Positions 50,857 to 64,000 of a stretch of 64,000 nucleotides of DNA are shown here, one piece after another (within the stretch, counting starts at the first letter, position 1; each line of letters begins with the position of its first letter). The notes under the pieces are model-generated. The model was not told the DNA's origin. It made no database searches and worked only from the letters and a program-made list of their open reading frames with translations. The translations under genes were made by a program, and so were the position numbers. Source of the stretch: Microcoleus sp. (GTDB lineage: Bacteria; Cyanobacteriota; Cyanobacteriia; Cyanobacteriales; Microcoleaceae); assembly GCA_042408215.1 (NCBI GenBank), contig JAYFMW010000030.1, forward strand, positions 576,001 through 640,000, given 5' to 3'.

Positions 50857-52263
50857 CTAGCGCCCAATTTCAACATCTTCAAGGATACCAAGTGCGTCAG
50901 GTACTAGCACGGCTGCGGAGTAATATGCAGTAACAAGGTAGGACATAATCGCCTTTTCACTAATACCCATAAATCTAACAGATAGGCCAGGTTGATATTC
51001 GTCGGGTATTCCTGTTTGTTGTAAACCGATCACGCCCTGATCTTCTTCACCAGTACGCATCACAAGAATAGAACTGGTTTGGTTTTTGGTGATGGGTATC
51101 TTATTACAAGGAAGAAGAGGTACACCACGCCACGCAATAACTTTACTTCCATCCATGTCGAGGTTTTGTGGATAGATGCCCAAACGGTTACATTGGCGAC
51201 CGAAGGCTGCAATAGTGCGAGGATGGGCTAACAAAAACTTCGACTTTCTGCGGCGAGTCAGCAATTCATCTAAGTCATCAGGAGTAGGCGCACCAGTGCG
51301 GGGGTGAAGACGCTGTTTAAGGTCAGCATTGTGCAGTAAACCAAATTCACGGTTATTGATCAACTCATATTCTTGACGTTCCCGTAATGCCTCAACAGTC
51401 AGACGCAATTGTTGTTCCGTCTGATTCATCGGTTCATTATACAAATCAGCCACGCGAGTATTGATCCTTAACACAGTTTGGGCAATACTTAACTCATATT
51501 CCCGGGGAGAAAGTTCGTAGTCAACGAAAGTCCCTGGTAATTGAGTTTCTCCAGTATGTCCTGAAGATAAAGCAATAGCCGCTTCACCCTGCTTATTCTG
51601 TGGTAATTGTGCGCGAGTTACGGCTCGATCAATATGAGACTGCAAAGCCTCCGACTGGTTTAGCACTTCCCTAAACGCTTGTTGTGGTAAGGCTAATACT
51701 GTGCATCGGGTGAGGGCCTTAACGGTAAACTTCCAACTGCTTTGAGACGCTACTAAAACCTCATCGCCAAAATGATCCCCATCGGCTAACGCGCCCAATA
51801 AAGGTTCTTCTTCATATTTGGCAATACCAAATTTATTAACTTTACCATGAGCGATCAGAAAAAGCCGATCGGCTGGCTGACCTGACTGTACGATGATGTC
51901 ATCGGGTGCAAACTCCTGTTGCACAAACCGACTGGCCAAAGCCGTCAAAACTTCAACATCATCAAACCCTCGCAGCAAGGGTAATTCACAAAGTTCTTGG
52001 GGAATTACCTGGACATTCGCTCCCGTATTGGTGAAAGTAACTCGCCCATCACCTACGGTATAGGTTAACCGACGGTTTACCCGATAATTACCACCTTTGA
52101 TCTGTACCCACGGCAACATCTTCAACAACCACCGCGAGGTAATTTCCTGCATTTGCGGTGCAGATTTAGTTGTTGTTGCCAAATTACGGGCTGCGGCTGT
52201 ACCTAAACTCTGTTGAGGTTGTCCATTCTCAACCTCCAAACTCGAATCATTAGAATATGTCAT
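50857..52263 (-). CDS. Family 2B encapsulin shell / cyclic-nucleotide-binding protein (cnb2)
   Basis: [24 protein letters not shown], internal cNMP domain, FVDYE..PREYEL, EFGLLHN. Confidence 0.9.
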   Translation of the reverse strand: MTYSNDSSLEVENGQPQQSLGTAAARNLATTTKSAPQMQEITSRWLLKMLPWVQIKGGNYRVNRRLTYTVGDGRVTFTNTGANVQVIPQELCELPLLRGFDDVEVLTALASRFVQQEFAPDDIIVQSGQPADRLFLIAHGKVNKFGIAKYEEEPLLGALADGDHFGDEVLVASQSSWKFTVKALTRCTVLALPQQAFREVLNQSEALQSHIDRAVTRAQLPQNKQGEAAIALSSGHTGETQLPGTFVDYELSPREYELSIAQTVLRINTRVADLYNEPMNQTEQQLRLTVEALRERQEYELINNREFGLLHNADLKQRLHPRTGAPTPDDLDELLTRRRKSKFLLAHPRTIAAFGRQCNRLGIYPQNLDMDGSKVIAWRGVPLLPCNKIPITKNQTSSILVMRTGEEDQGVIGLQQTGIPDEYQPGLSVRFMGISEKAIMSYLVTAYYSAAVLVPDALGILEDVEIGR

Positions 52264-52335
52264 TATCTCATCCTCTAATTACTCACAAAAATGCTGAATA
52301 ATACCAATTTCATCGATTCTTACTACATTGGGTTG

Positions 52336-52730
52336 ATCCCCCCTAACCCCCCTTAAAAAGGGGGGAATAAGAAATTTGCTCAAAGTCCCCCTTTTTAAGG
52401 GGGGAACAAGAAATTTGCTCAAAGTCCCCCTTTTTAAAGGGGGGAACAAGAAATTTGCTCAAAGTCCCCCTTTTTAAGGGGGGAACAAGAAATTTGCTCA
52501 AAGTCCCCCTTTTTAAGGGGGGAACAAGAAATTTGCTCAAAGTCCCTTTTTTTAAGGGGGGAACAAGAAATTTGCTCAAAGTCCCTTTTTTTAAGGGGGG
52601 AACAAGAAATTTGCTCAAAGTCCCTTTTTTTAAGGGGGGAACAAGAAATTTGTTCAAAGTCCCTTTTTTTAAGGGGGGAACAAGAAATTTGCTCAAAGTC
52701 CCCCTTTTTAAGGGGGATTTAGGGGGATCG
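52336..52730. repeat. 39-bp tandem hairpin array (about 9 units) between the encapsulin genes
   Basis: AAGAAATTTGCTCAAAGTCCCCCTTTTTAAGGGGGGAAC repeated inside GATCCCCCCTAA...TTAGGGGGATC. Confidence 0.93.
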
Positions 52731-52879
52731 TTTTTGTAGCAGTGTTTTATGAATTTGGTATCAAATAGTTGAGAGGTCAAAGTAATCAATTTTTTGTCAA
52801 AAATTACTGGATTTAACCCTAAAAATAGAGCGTAATTACCAATTGACAAAAATCAATTACCTTAACCTCTCCGAACCAA

Positions 52880-54289
52880 TTAACGACCGACTTCTACATC
52901 TTCGAGGATGCCGAGGGCGTCAGGAACTAGGACGGCTGCGGAGTAGTAAGCTGTGACGAGATAAGACATAATTGCCTTTTCGCTGATGCCCATGAAGCGG
53001 ACAGATAAGCTAGGTTGATATTCGTCAGGGATACCAGTTTGATGTAAACCGATAACGCCTTGTTTTTCAAGACCAGTGCGGAGTAAGAGGATAGAACTGG
53101 TACGAGCATTGCTGATGGGGATCTTGTTGCAGGGAAAGATTGGTACACCACGCCAAGCTGGAACGTGGTTGCCGCCCATCTCAACACTTTGTGGGTAGAT
53201 GCCCATGCGGTTACACTCACGAGCGAAGGCTGCGATCGCACGGGGATGAGCCAGGAAGAACGCCGGCTCCTTCCATACCGTAGCCAGCAATTCATCCATA
53301 TCATCGGGTGTAGGTGCGCCCGTGCTGCTATAGATGCGTTGTTTGAGGTCGGCGTTATGCAGCAACCCAAATTCGCGGTTGTTGATCATTTCGTGTTCTT
53401 GACGTTCCCGTAATGCCTCAACGGTCAGACGCAATTGTTGCTCGGTCTGATTCATCGGTTCATTATACAGATCCGCAACGCGAGTATTGATCCGCAAAAC
53501 GGTTTGGGCGATGCTCAAATCATATTGACGGGGTGAGAGATCGTAATCAACGAAAGTACCAGGCAATTCAGTCTCGCCGCGATGACCCGCAGACACATTA
53601 ATAGCAGCTTCACCTTCAGTAGTTTGTGGCTGGCTGAGGAGAGCACGGAACCGATCGACCTGACTTTGTAAAGCTTCGGACTGGTTAACGAGTTGCTCAA
53701 ACGCACTTTGAGGTAATGCTAAGACGATACATCGGGTGACAGCTTTGAGGGTATACTGCCAGGTGTCTTGAGACTGTACTAAAGACTCATCACCGAAATG
53801 ATCGCCATCCGCGAGTACATCTAAAACAACCTGCTCGTCATACTTGCCAAGACCAATCTTGTTAACTTTACCACGGGCGATCAATAATACTTGATCGGCT
53901 GCTTGACCTATTTCAACGATCGTGTCCCCGGCTGCAAATTCTTGCTGTACAAATTGGCTTGCTAACGCGGTTAAAACTTCCGTGTCTTCAAAACCTCTCA
54001 GCAAGGGCAATTCAGTCAATTCTTGGGGAATTACTTGGACAGTTGCGCCAGTGTTGGTAAAAGAAACTCGTCCATCACCTACGGTATAGCTTAAACGACG
54101 GTTAACGCGATAGACACCACCTTTGGTTTGTACCCAAGGTAAAAGTTTTAATAACCACCGTGAGGTGATTTCCTGCATCTGTGGTGCAGATTTGGTGGTT
54201 GTTGCCAGATTACGGGCTGCGGCTGTACTTAAACTTTGTTGAACCTGTTGATTCTCAAGATCTGAACCTGAATCACTAGAATAGGTCAT
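52880..54289 (-). CDS. Family 2B encapsulin shell / cyclic-nucleotide-binding protein (cnb1)
   Basis: Paralog of 50857..52263 with the same motifs. Confidence 0.9.
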   Translation of the reverse strand: MTYSSDSGSDLENQQVQQSLSTAAARNLATTTKSAPQMQEITSRWLLKLLPWVQTKGGVYRVNRRLSYTVGDGRVSFTNTGATVQVIPQELTELPLLRGFEDTEVLTALASQFVQQEFAAGDTIVEIGQAADQVLLIARGKVNKIGLGKYDEQVVLDVLADGDHFGDESLVQSQDTWQYTLKAVTRCIVLALPQSAFEQLVNQSEALQSQVDRFRALLSQPQTTEGEAAINVSAGHRGETELPGTFVDYDLSPRQYDLSIAQTVLRINTRVADLYNEPMNQTEQQLRLTVEALRERQEHEMINNREFGLLHNADLKQRIYSSTGAPTPDDMDELLATVWKEPAFFLAHPRAIAAFARECNRMGIYPQSVEMGGNHVPAWRGVPIFPCNKIPISNARTSSILLLRTGLEKQGVIGLHQTGIPDEYQPSLSVRFMGISEKAIMSYLVTAYYSAAVLVPDALGILEDVEVGR

Positions 54290-54474
54290 AATTTAGCTCT
54301 CGACTTTCTGGTTACTAAAAAACAATGCGGTTTCACTTTACCAAATACCGATCAAGAAAAACCAAAGTGGACAAGAAAGATTATCTGGTAAAAAGGTTAC
54401 GATGAGATTGTTTTTTTACAAAAATATACAATCTCAACATAATTTTGACAAACAGAGATAATTTGAATCAAATT

Positions 54475-56748
<2,274 letters not shown>

Positions 56749-56755
56749 CTATTTT

Positions 56756-59050
<2,295 letters not shown>

Positions 59051-59150
59051 CTATTTTTTGCCGACCAACGGCTGAGCTGTGGCGGTTGGCGAGCATTCTC
59101 GTCGCCCTAGCCACGTCCCATCTGTGGTTTCTTTGTGATTGTACTGTAGG

Positions 59151-59591
59151 CTATTTCAGATCCACGGTAGCGATCGACTCAATAAAATTTAACAAAATAC
59201 GTTGGTGAAGCTGACCGAGCGATCGCACATCTCCTGACTGCTCAGAAAAGCATTTTCCAGCCCGAATCTGCTCCGGTGTCAACAACTTCATATCCCAACC
59301 CTCAAGCAAAACTAAATCCTTGACATCCACACTAAGTTGTGCATGAAAAACGTGGCGAACAACATCTCCTTCTGTAGCGCAACAAAAAAGAGAAACACTT
59401 GCAGGAATATAACTAATTTCTTCTTTCAATTCCCGCAGTACAGCAACTTCCGGCGTTTCCCCCGGTTCCATGTGTCCGCCAAACAAAGCCCAATTTCCCG
59501 GATACCTAATATTAGGAACATCATCCCGCAACTGGCAGAGAAACTTGCCGTCTTGGTACAAAATCGCGATCGCAACGTGAATTTCAGTCAT
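59151..59591 (-). CDS. NUDIX hydrolase
   Basis: GGHMEPGETPEVAVLRELKEE Nudix box. Confidence 0.92.
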   Translation of the reverse strand: MTEIHVAIAILYQDGKFLCQLRDDVPNIRYPGNWALFGGHMEPGETPEVAVLRELKEEISYIPASVSLFCCATEGDVVRHVFHAQLSVDVKDLVLLEGWDMKLLTPEQIRAGKCFSEQSGDVRSLGQLHQRILLNFIESIATVDLK

Positions 59592-59857
59592 TTGTTATTT
59601 GTGATTGGTTATTTGTTATTTGTTATTTGTTATTTGTTAGATCAATTCCGGTTGCACCGTCAGGTGATTGTTGACGGTTGACGGTTGACAGTTGACGGTT
59701 GACAGTTAACAGTTAACAGTTAACTGTTAACTCGAATTTACTATTCCGATGAAGAGAGGATTTGATATTACATCCTTGTTTCCAGGCTCAGCCTCCAATT
59801 CCAATTACCAATTACTAATTACCAATGCCCGATGCCCGATGCCCAATTCCCAAATGC

Positions 59858-60301
59858 CTATTTCCCCTTGTCTGCGGCGGGTGTACGCTTGAGCTGTTCA
59901 ATTTCCTCAACATAAACCTCACCTAAATCTTTACCCGCCAAATCCTTCAGCTTAATAGTTTTATACCGGACTGCGCCCTTAAGCAACACTTCATCGCCTA
60001 GTTGTGGCAAAACTTGCTTGGTTAAAATCCAAATACTGCCGGTATCATCCTGAAGTTGATAAGCCGCATTCCCCACAAACGGAGCGCGATTTTCCACCTT
60101 TCCCCGGAGATAAACTTCCGCATCCACTTGCCGCTTTTGTTGAACTTCGCCAATACTAGCCACATTCAAGCCAAGATTAAGTTGAGACATAGGTGAATTG
60201 CCACAACTGAACAAAGCGCTGGCGAATATTAGCGATAATGTGCCGATGCAGCCCTCTTTGATAAAAAACTTAACCCAAACTTGCTTAATTGCAGTAGTCA
60301 T
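59858..60301 (-). CDS. OB-fold lipoprotein
   Basis: LFSC lipobox, YQLQDDTGSIW. Confidence 0.75.
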   Translation of the reverse strand: MTTAIKQVWVKFFIKEGCIGTLSLIFASALFSCGNSPMSQLNLGLNVASIGEVQQKRQVDAEVYLRGKVENRAPFVGNAAYQLQDDTGSIWILTKQVLPQLGDEVLLKGAVRYKTIKLKDLAGKDLGEVYVEEIEQLKRTPAADKGK

Positions 60302-60445
60302 TAGTCAAATGATTTGAGATTGGAGATACGACTTACTCTAACAGAATCACCAGAATCGATCGCAACTCAGAAGAGACTGCTGTACAGTCCTTGACGGGGA
60401 TTAAGCTAAAATCTAAAATCGTCAGCCCCTAACCCAGAGTCTACA

Positions 60446-61318
60446 ATGGAAGCCAAAACTGCTCGCATATTAGATGGTAAAGCTTTAGCCCAAAAGATTC
60501 AAAGCGAGCTGAGCGATCGAGTTCGTTCCCTACAAACCCAGATTGGGCGTCCTCCGGGCCTTGCGGTGCTCATGGTTGGGGACAACCCAGCCAGCGCAGC
60601 TTACGTGCGAAATAAAGAGCGAGCCTGCGCTAAAGTTGGCATAGCCTCCTTTGGTCAGCATTACCCAGCAAACGCCACTCAAGCCGAACTAGAACTTGCA
60701 ATTCATGCACTCAACGAGGACGATCGAGTAGACGGCATTTTAGTACAACTGCCGCTACCAGAACACTTAGACGCAATTTCCCTACTGTATCAAATTGCTC
60801 CCGACAAAGATGCAGACGGACTCCACCCTATAAATTTAGGCCGCCTAGTGCGGGGCGATCGAGGTTTGCGAAGTTGTACCCCAGCCGGAGTGATGCGACT
60901 GCTGCAAGAATACCAGATTGATTTGAAAGGAAAAAACGCTGTAGTTTTGGGCCGCAGTATTTTGGTGGGTAAACCGATGGCGCTGATGCTGTTAGAAGCC
61001 GATTGTACGGTGACAGTAGCTCATTCGCGATCGCAAAACCTAGAATCAATCACCAGCCAAGCCGATATCTTAATCGCCGCCGTCGGCCGCACAGAAATGA
61101 TTACAGCTAATATGGTCAAACCGGGAGCAGTAGTAATCGATGTCGGTATCAACCGCGTTGTCAAGCCAGACGGTACTAGCCGTTTGGCCGGAGATGTGGA
61201 CTTTGATGCTGTTAAAACAGTAGCCGAATTTATCACCCCGGTGCCGGGAGGAATCGGCCCGATGACTGTCGCTATGCTGTTAGAAAATACCGTTTCTAGT
61301 TACAGCATTAAGAAGTAG
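60446..61318 (+). CDS. folD: Methylenetetrahydrofolate dehydrogenase/cyclohydrolase
   Basis: [38 protein letters not shown]. Confidence 0.97.
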   Translation: MEAKTARILDGKALAQKIQSELSDRVRSLQTQIGRPPGLAVLMVGDNPASAAYVRNKERACAKVGIASFGQHYPANATQAELELAIHALNEDDRVDGILVQLPLPEHLDAISLLYQIAPDKDADGLHPINLGRLVRGDRGLRSCTPAGVMRLLQEYQIDLKGKNAVVLGRSILVGKPMALMLLEADCTVTVAHSRSQNLESITSQADILIAAVGRTEMITANMVKPGAVVIDVGINRVVKPDGTSRLAGDVDFDAVKTVAEFITPVPGGIGPMTVAMLLENTVSSYSIKK

Positions 61319-61552
61319 GGTGCGTCGCTGTGAGATTTTATGTCGTAGTTGAATATTGAAGGGTGGTGACGCACCTGACTCCACGGTCGGGTGCGTCGCT
61401 GTGAGATTTTAGGTCGTAGTTGAATAGTGAAGGGTGGTGACGCACCTGACTCCACTGTAGGGTGCGTCGCTGTGAGATTTTATGTCGTAGTTGAATATTA
61501 TCGATGGCGACGCACCTTACTCCACTGTAGTGGTGACGCACCTGACTCCACT
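61315..61552. repeat. REPIN array upstream of the RAYT gene (71-bp units, about 3)
   Basis: GTAGGGTGCGTCGC...GYGACGCACCTKAC at 61315, 61386 and 61457. Confidence 0.9.
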
Positions 61553-61600
61553 GTTGTCAATGATAAAATGACACTATGGCAATGCACCCTACTAACGATT

Positions 61601-62161
61601 ATGTCAAATTATCGTAGAGCATTTGTACCGGGAGGTACTTACTTTTTCGTTTTAAATACATACAAAAGGATTCCTTGGCTTTCAAGCGATATCGGTCGCG
61701 CAGGGCTGCGAAAATCTATAATGAGAGTCCAAAAACTCTATCCTTTTAAAATTGATGCGATCGTGCTTTTGCCGGATCACCTTCACATGATGCTGACTTT
61801 GCCGGATGGCGACAGCAAGTACCCCACTCGTTTGAGGTTAATTAAAGATTTTGTAACCCGATATTACGGGCATAAATTGGGAATAGAAGCAGAAATTAGT
61901 CAGTCTCGTAAAAAACGTAAGGAAAGTAACCTTTGGCAGCGTAGATATTGGGAACACGTTATTCGCGATGAAAATGATTACGCTCACCATTGCGATTACA
62001 TTCATTATAATCCAGTTAAACATAATTTGTGTCGGTCTCCGAAGGATTGGGAATTTTCTAGTTTTCATCGATTTGTTGCTCAGGGGATTTATCCTGAAGA
62101 TTGGGGCGCGAATGAAGTACCGTTAATTCCTGAAGATATTGGCGGAGAATTATATTTGTAG
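61601..62161 (+). CDS. REP-associated tyrosine transposase (RAYT, Y1 HUH)
   Basis: GGTYFF, LPDHLH, LWQRRYWEHVIRD, YIHYNPVKH, WEFSSF. Confidence 0.92.
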   Translation: MSNYRRAFVPGGTYFFVLNTYKRIPWLSSDIGRAGLRKSIMRVQKLYPFKIDAIVLLPDHLHMMLTLPDGDSKYPTRLRLIKDFVTRYYGHKLGIEAEISQSRKKRKESNLWQRRYWEHVIRDENDYAHHCDYIHYNPVKHNLCRSPKDWEFSSFHRFVAQGIYPEDWGANEVPLIPEDIGGELYL

Positions 62162-62172
62162 GCTGGCGCCAA

Positions 62173-62560
62173 GTAGGGTGCGTCGCTGTGAGATTTTATG
62201 TCGTAGTTGAATATTGAAGGGTGGCGACGCACCTTACTCCACTGTAGGGTGCGTCGCTGTGAGATTTTATGTCGTAGTTGAATATTGAAGGGTGGCGACG
62301 CACCTTACTCCACTGTAGGGTGCGTCGCTGTGAGATTTTATGTCGTAGTTGAATATTTAAGGGTGGCGACGCACCTTACTCCACTGTAGGGTGCGTCGCT
62401 GTGAGATTTTATATTGGATTTGCAGATTTAAGGGTGGCGACGCACCTTACTCCACTGTAGGGTGCGTCGCTGTGAGATTTTATATTGGATTTGCAGATTT
62501 AAGGGTGGCGACGCACCCTACTCCACGGTAGGGTGCATCGCTGTGAGATTTGATGTCGAA
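62173..62560. repeat. REPIN array downstream of the RAYT gene (71-bp units, 5 plus a partial)
   Basis: GTAG starts at 62173, 62244, 62315, 62386, 62457 and 62528. Confidence 0.93.
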
Positions 62561-62572
62561 TCTGATTTGCAT

Positions 62573-63457
62573 TTAGAAGGGAAACCCTGGAGAACATAAC
62601 CGCAAATAAATATCCCGTTGAGTATCAGAAAAAGCTCTTCTGCCATGCATGATTCTAGTATTGTCAACCATTAGGATATCCCCTGTTTGCCAGGATATCT
62701 CTGTAGTTATTCTGTCAGCCACTTCATTAAGCTCAGAAACAATATCCTCAGTAATTTCTGCATCATCATCAAAGCGAAGTGCGTTTGGAGCTGCCTGTTT
62801 TACTGGCAATAAACTGTTGATAAACGTCGGATATTTTCCACATCTACTTGGATGTATTGCTGGACAAATATATTGAAGATCGATTGATTCATCGGCGTTT
62901 ATTTGCCATATTAAATTATTGCTTCTACAGGTCTGTTCTAGGACTCTTAAATCATCAGTTTTGTAGCGTTTCTGCCAAGCCTCCTTATCCAAATGACCCA
63001 AATTATACTTTAATTTTTTATTAGTAAATAACTCTTTGAGTGGACTACTGAGTTCATTAAACAATTGCCTGCCATCACATATTATTGTTTCACCGTCTTG
63101 TGATGCTGGATGAGCACAGAAGAACCAAACCATCAACGGAATATTTTGCTGATAGTACATTTCTCCATGCAATTTAATCTCATCCTGAAAATCATTGACG
63201 CTTAAAATAGTTGCATTCCCATTAATTACTCGGCGATTAAATAGGCCTCCGGTGTAATCCAGAAAATCTTTACTAAGGGAGTTAGTGAATTGGGTAAAAG
63301 TGTCAACACTATTTTCAAACCCTCTAAAAAGCAAGACACCATAAGATTGAAACAGGTTAATAATTTCTTCCCTGTCCAGGTCGAAAATATTGATATTATC
63401 CCTGTTGATGATTTGTTGACCAACATTTTCTGATAAAAGCTGTGTATTTACCTTCAT
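62573..63457 (-). CDS. TauD/TfdA family Fe/2OG dioxygenase
   Basis: GVLLFRGF, LHGEM, GETIICDG, WQTGDILMVDN..MHGRR. Confidence 0.9.
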   Translation of the reverse strand: MKVNTQLLSENVGQQIINRDNINIFDLDREEIINLFQSYGVLLFRGFENSVDTFTQFTNSLSKDFLDYTGGLFNRRVINGNATILSVNDFQDEIKLHGEMYYQQNIPLMVWFFCAHPASQDGETIICDGRQLFNELSSPLKELFTNKKLKYNLGHLDKEAWQKRYKTDDLRVLEQTCRSNNLIWQINADESIDLQYICPAIHPSRCGKYPTFINSLLPVKQAAPNALRFDDDAEITEDIVSELNEVADRITTEISWQTGDILMVDNTRIMHGRRAFSDTQRDIYLRLCSPGFPF

Positions 63458-63566
63458 ATCTATCTCCTAGCTATTTTCTATTTTGTACAGAGCGTGGTTG
63501 ACAATATCAGTGCCCATGCCTTGATATTTCTAAATATTCCTCAATTCAAAATTCATCAAACCTACC

Positions 63567-64000
63567 TTACTCTAGCAGTTCAGGTTGTTGATGTACCATT
63601 AATTCGTAAAGCGGTTGAAAGCTAAACCAGCCTAGCTGATGTGAGCCTACCAGGCGCTGCGTCAGACGAGCATTGTCGGAGTCGATGAGGATGGGGGTGC
63701 CCGCCACCTCTGCCATCAACTGCGCCTGACAAGAACGTTCCATTGCGACAAACCACCAAGCCGCTTCATCAACTGAATGACCCACCGTGAGTAGACCGTG
63801 GTTGCGGAGGATAATGGCTTTCTTCTCCCCTAGTGCTTGGGCTATGCGCTTACCTTCCTCAAGTTCAAGAACTACTCCCGTGTAGTCATCAAACAGGCTG
63901 TGGTCTTCGTAGAAGGAACAGGCATCTTGGGTGAGGGGGTCGAGGAGACGACCTAGGCTAGACCAGCTTTTGCCGTAAATTGAATGAGCGTGTGCTGCTG
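63567..64000 (-). CDS. Class II aldolase/adducin family protein, 5'-truncated
   Basis: AAHAHSIYGKSWS, ITQDACSFYEDH-like segment, ILRNHGLLTVG, MERSCQAQL. Confidence 0.88.
   Translation of the reverse strand, partial: AAHAHSIYGKSWSSLGRLLDPLTQDACSFYEDHSLFDDYTGVVLELEEGKRIAQALGEKKAIILRNHGLLTVGHSVDEAAWWFVAMERSCQAQLMAEVAGTPILIDSDNARLTQRLVGSHQLGWFSFQPLYELMVHQQPELLE

Noticed and set aside
52343..52849. 168-aa ORF with KFLVPPLKKGTLS repeats
   Set aside because: Translation of the 39-bp DNA repeat.
62173..62560. CRISPR-like 71-bp period
   Set aside because: Spacers repeat, and the units are inverted GTAG REP pairs next to a RAYT.

Overview
Chromosomal window from a filamentous cyanobacterium. Very frequent HIP1 (GCGATCGC), phycobiliprotein genes and heptamer/REP-like repeat arrays suggest a Microcoleus/Oscillatoriales-like organism (inference). 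Housekeeping genes (rlmD, apcD, mazG, ygfZ, tlyA, apcF, glnA with a textbook NtcA promoter, crtE, leuD, folD, tRNA-Val, tRNA-Glu) alternate with accessory DNA. The accessory DNA includes three full tnpB elements, several tnpB-less mini-elements, MITEs, a RAYT transposase with REPIN arrays, decaying toxin-antitoxin genes, an ABC-ATPase/TOPRIM pair, and a geosmin cluster with two terpene cyclases and two family 2B encapsulins. Two candidates for undescribed systems stand out. (1) At 8.3-11.3 kb a divergent cassette occurs three times: a near-identical 127-aa protein is paired each time with a different XRE repressor and a different intergenic palindrome. (2) A kinase-GUN4 gene ends in a 107-nt almost adenine-free G/T tract followed by a tail that gives a plausible C-terminus in all three frames, suggesting targeted, frame-tolerant diversification. 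All product calls come from motif recognition by eye; no searches were run.
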